Below, one piece after another: positions 63,534 through 64,000 of a stretch of 64,000 nucleotides of DNA (position 1 is its first letter; every line of letters begins with the position of its first letter). The notes beneath the pieces are model-generated. The model searched no databases. It had not been told where the DNA came from and saw nothing but the letters and a program-made list of their open reading frames with translations. A program made the translations under genes and the position numbers. The stretch is from Calditrichia bacterium (GTDB lineage: Bacteria; Calditrichota; Calditrichia; JAJRVZ01). Location: the NCBI GenBank assembly GCA_963796965.1, contig CAWCNS010000005.1, positions 96,001-160,000 of the forward strand, given 5' to 3'.

Positions 63534-64000
63534 ATGGTAAAAACAAAACAGAAATCAATATATATTTGTCAGCAATGTGGATATGAATCAGCCAAATGGC
63601 TCGGTAAATGTCCTGAATGTCAAAACTGGAGTTCTTTTCAGGAAGAGGTTCGCCAAATAAATAAAAGAGACTCAACTTCTTCACCTAAAGTCTCGGCAGT
63701 TACCCCGCTTCTGGATGGAGAGATAGAGGTTTCTACAGTACTATCGACGGGGGTACCGGAATTAGACCGGACATTGGGTGGTGGTATTATTCCTGGAATG
63801 GTTGTAATGGTTGGGGGAGATCCAGGTATCGGGAAATCTACTTTAATGCTTCAAATGCTCGATAAAATCAAGACGACCAAAAATCTTTTATACGTTTCAG
63901 GGGAAGAATCGAAAAGTCAGGTGCACTTAAGGGGCGATCGGCTTGGCATTAAAGCCCCCAATCTACTGTTCAGTGCTGAAACAAATCTTCACAATCTATT
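63534..64000 (+). CDS. radA: DNA repair protein RadA/Sms (5' part, runs off the window)
   Basis: CQQCG..KWLGKCPEC zinc finger, LDRTLGGG, GDPGIGKST, YVSGEES. Confidence 0.96.
   Translation, partial: MVKTKQKSIYICQQCGYESAKWLGKCPECQNWSSFQEEVRQINKRDSTSSPKVSAVTPLLDGEIEVSTVLSTGVPELDRTLGGGIIPGMVVMVGGDPGIGKSTLMLQMLDKIKTTKNLLYVSGEESKSQVHLRGDRLGIKAPNLLFSAETNLHNL

Overview
AT-rich bacterial chromosomal segment. An NYPNPFNP-type C-terminal sorting/FlgD-Ig domain and the overall gene content suggest an FCB-group organism such as Calditrichota (inference). About 20 genes, including fbaA and cysK, are split by short indels, most likely long-read assembly errors. Content in order: yihY, beta-carbonic anhydrase, DUF481 OMP, a two-component system with an RND adaptor and two RND permeases, pirin, cysE-cysK, a redox-rich ArsR/ArsC/Acr3 operon, two PAS sigma54 activators, a TAT-like C-GCAxxG-C-C/diheme protein with a sorting domain, fbaA, sulfatase, bshB1-like, xerD, a degenerate glycogen debranching homolog, iscA/erpA, def, pepA, a FadF-like Fe-S protein, a glucosylglycerate cluster, an ECF/ZAS/thioredoxin cluster, an Rsb-like partner-switching module and the start of radA. 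Highlights missing from the ORF track: (1) a complete-looking cysteine leader-peptide attenuator (promoter, leader with CCC, antiterminator, terminator) upstream of cysE-cysK; (2) a decayed GxxExxY nuclease gene enclosed by inverted repeats, with gene-less copies and a tiny hairpin insert nested in the arms; (3) several other families of small intergenic palindromic or heptamer elements. No rRNA, tRNA or CRISPR array was recognised.
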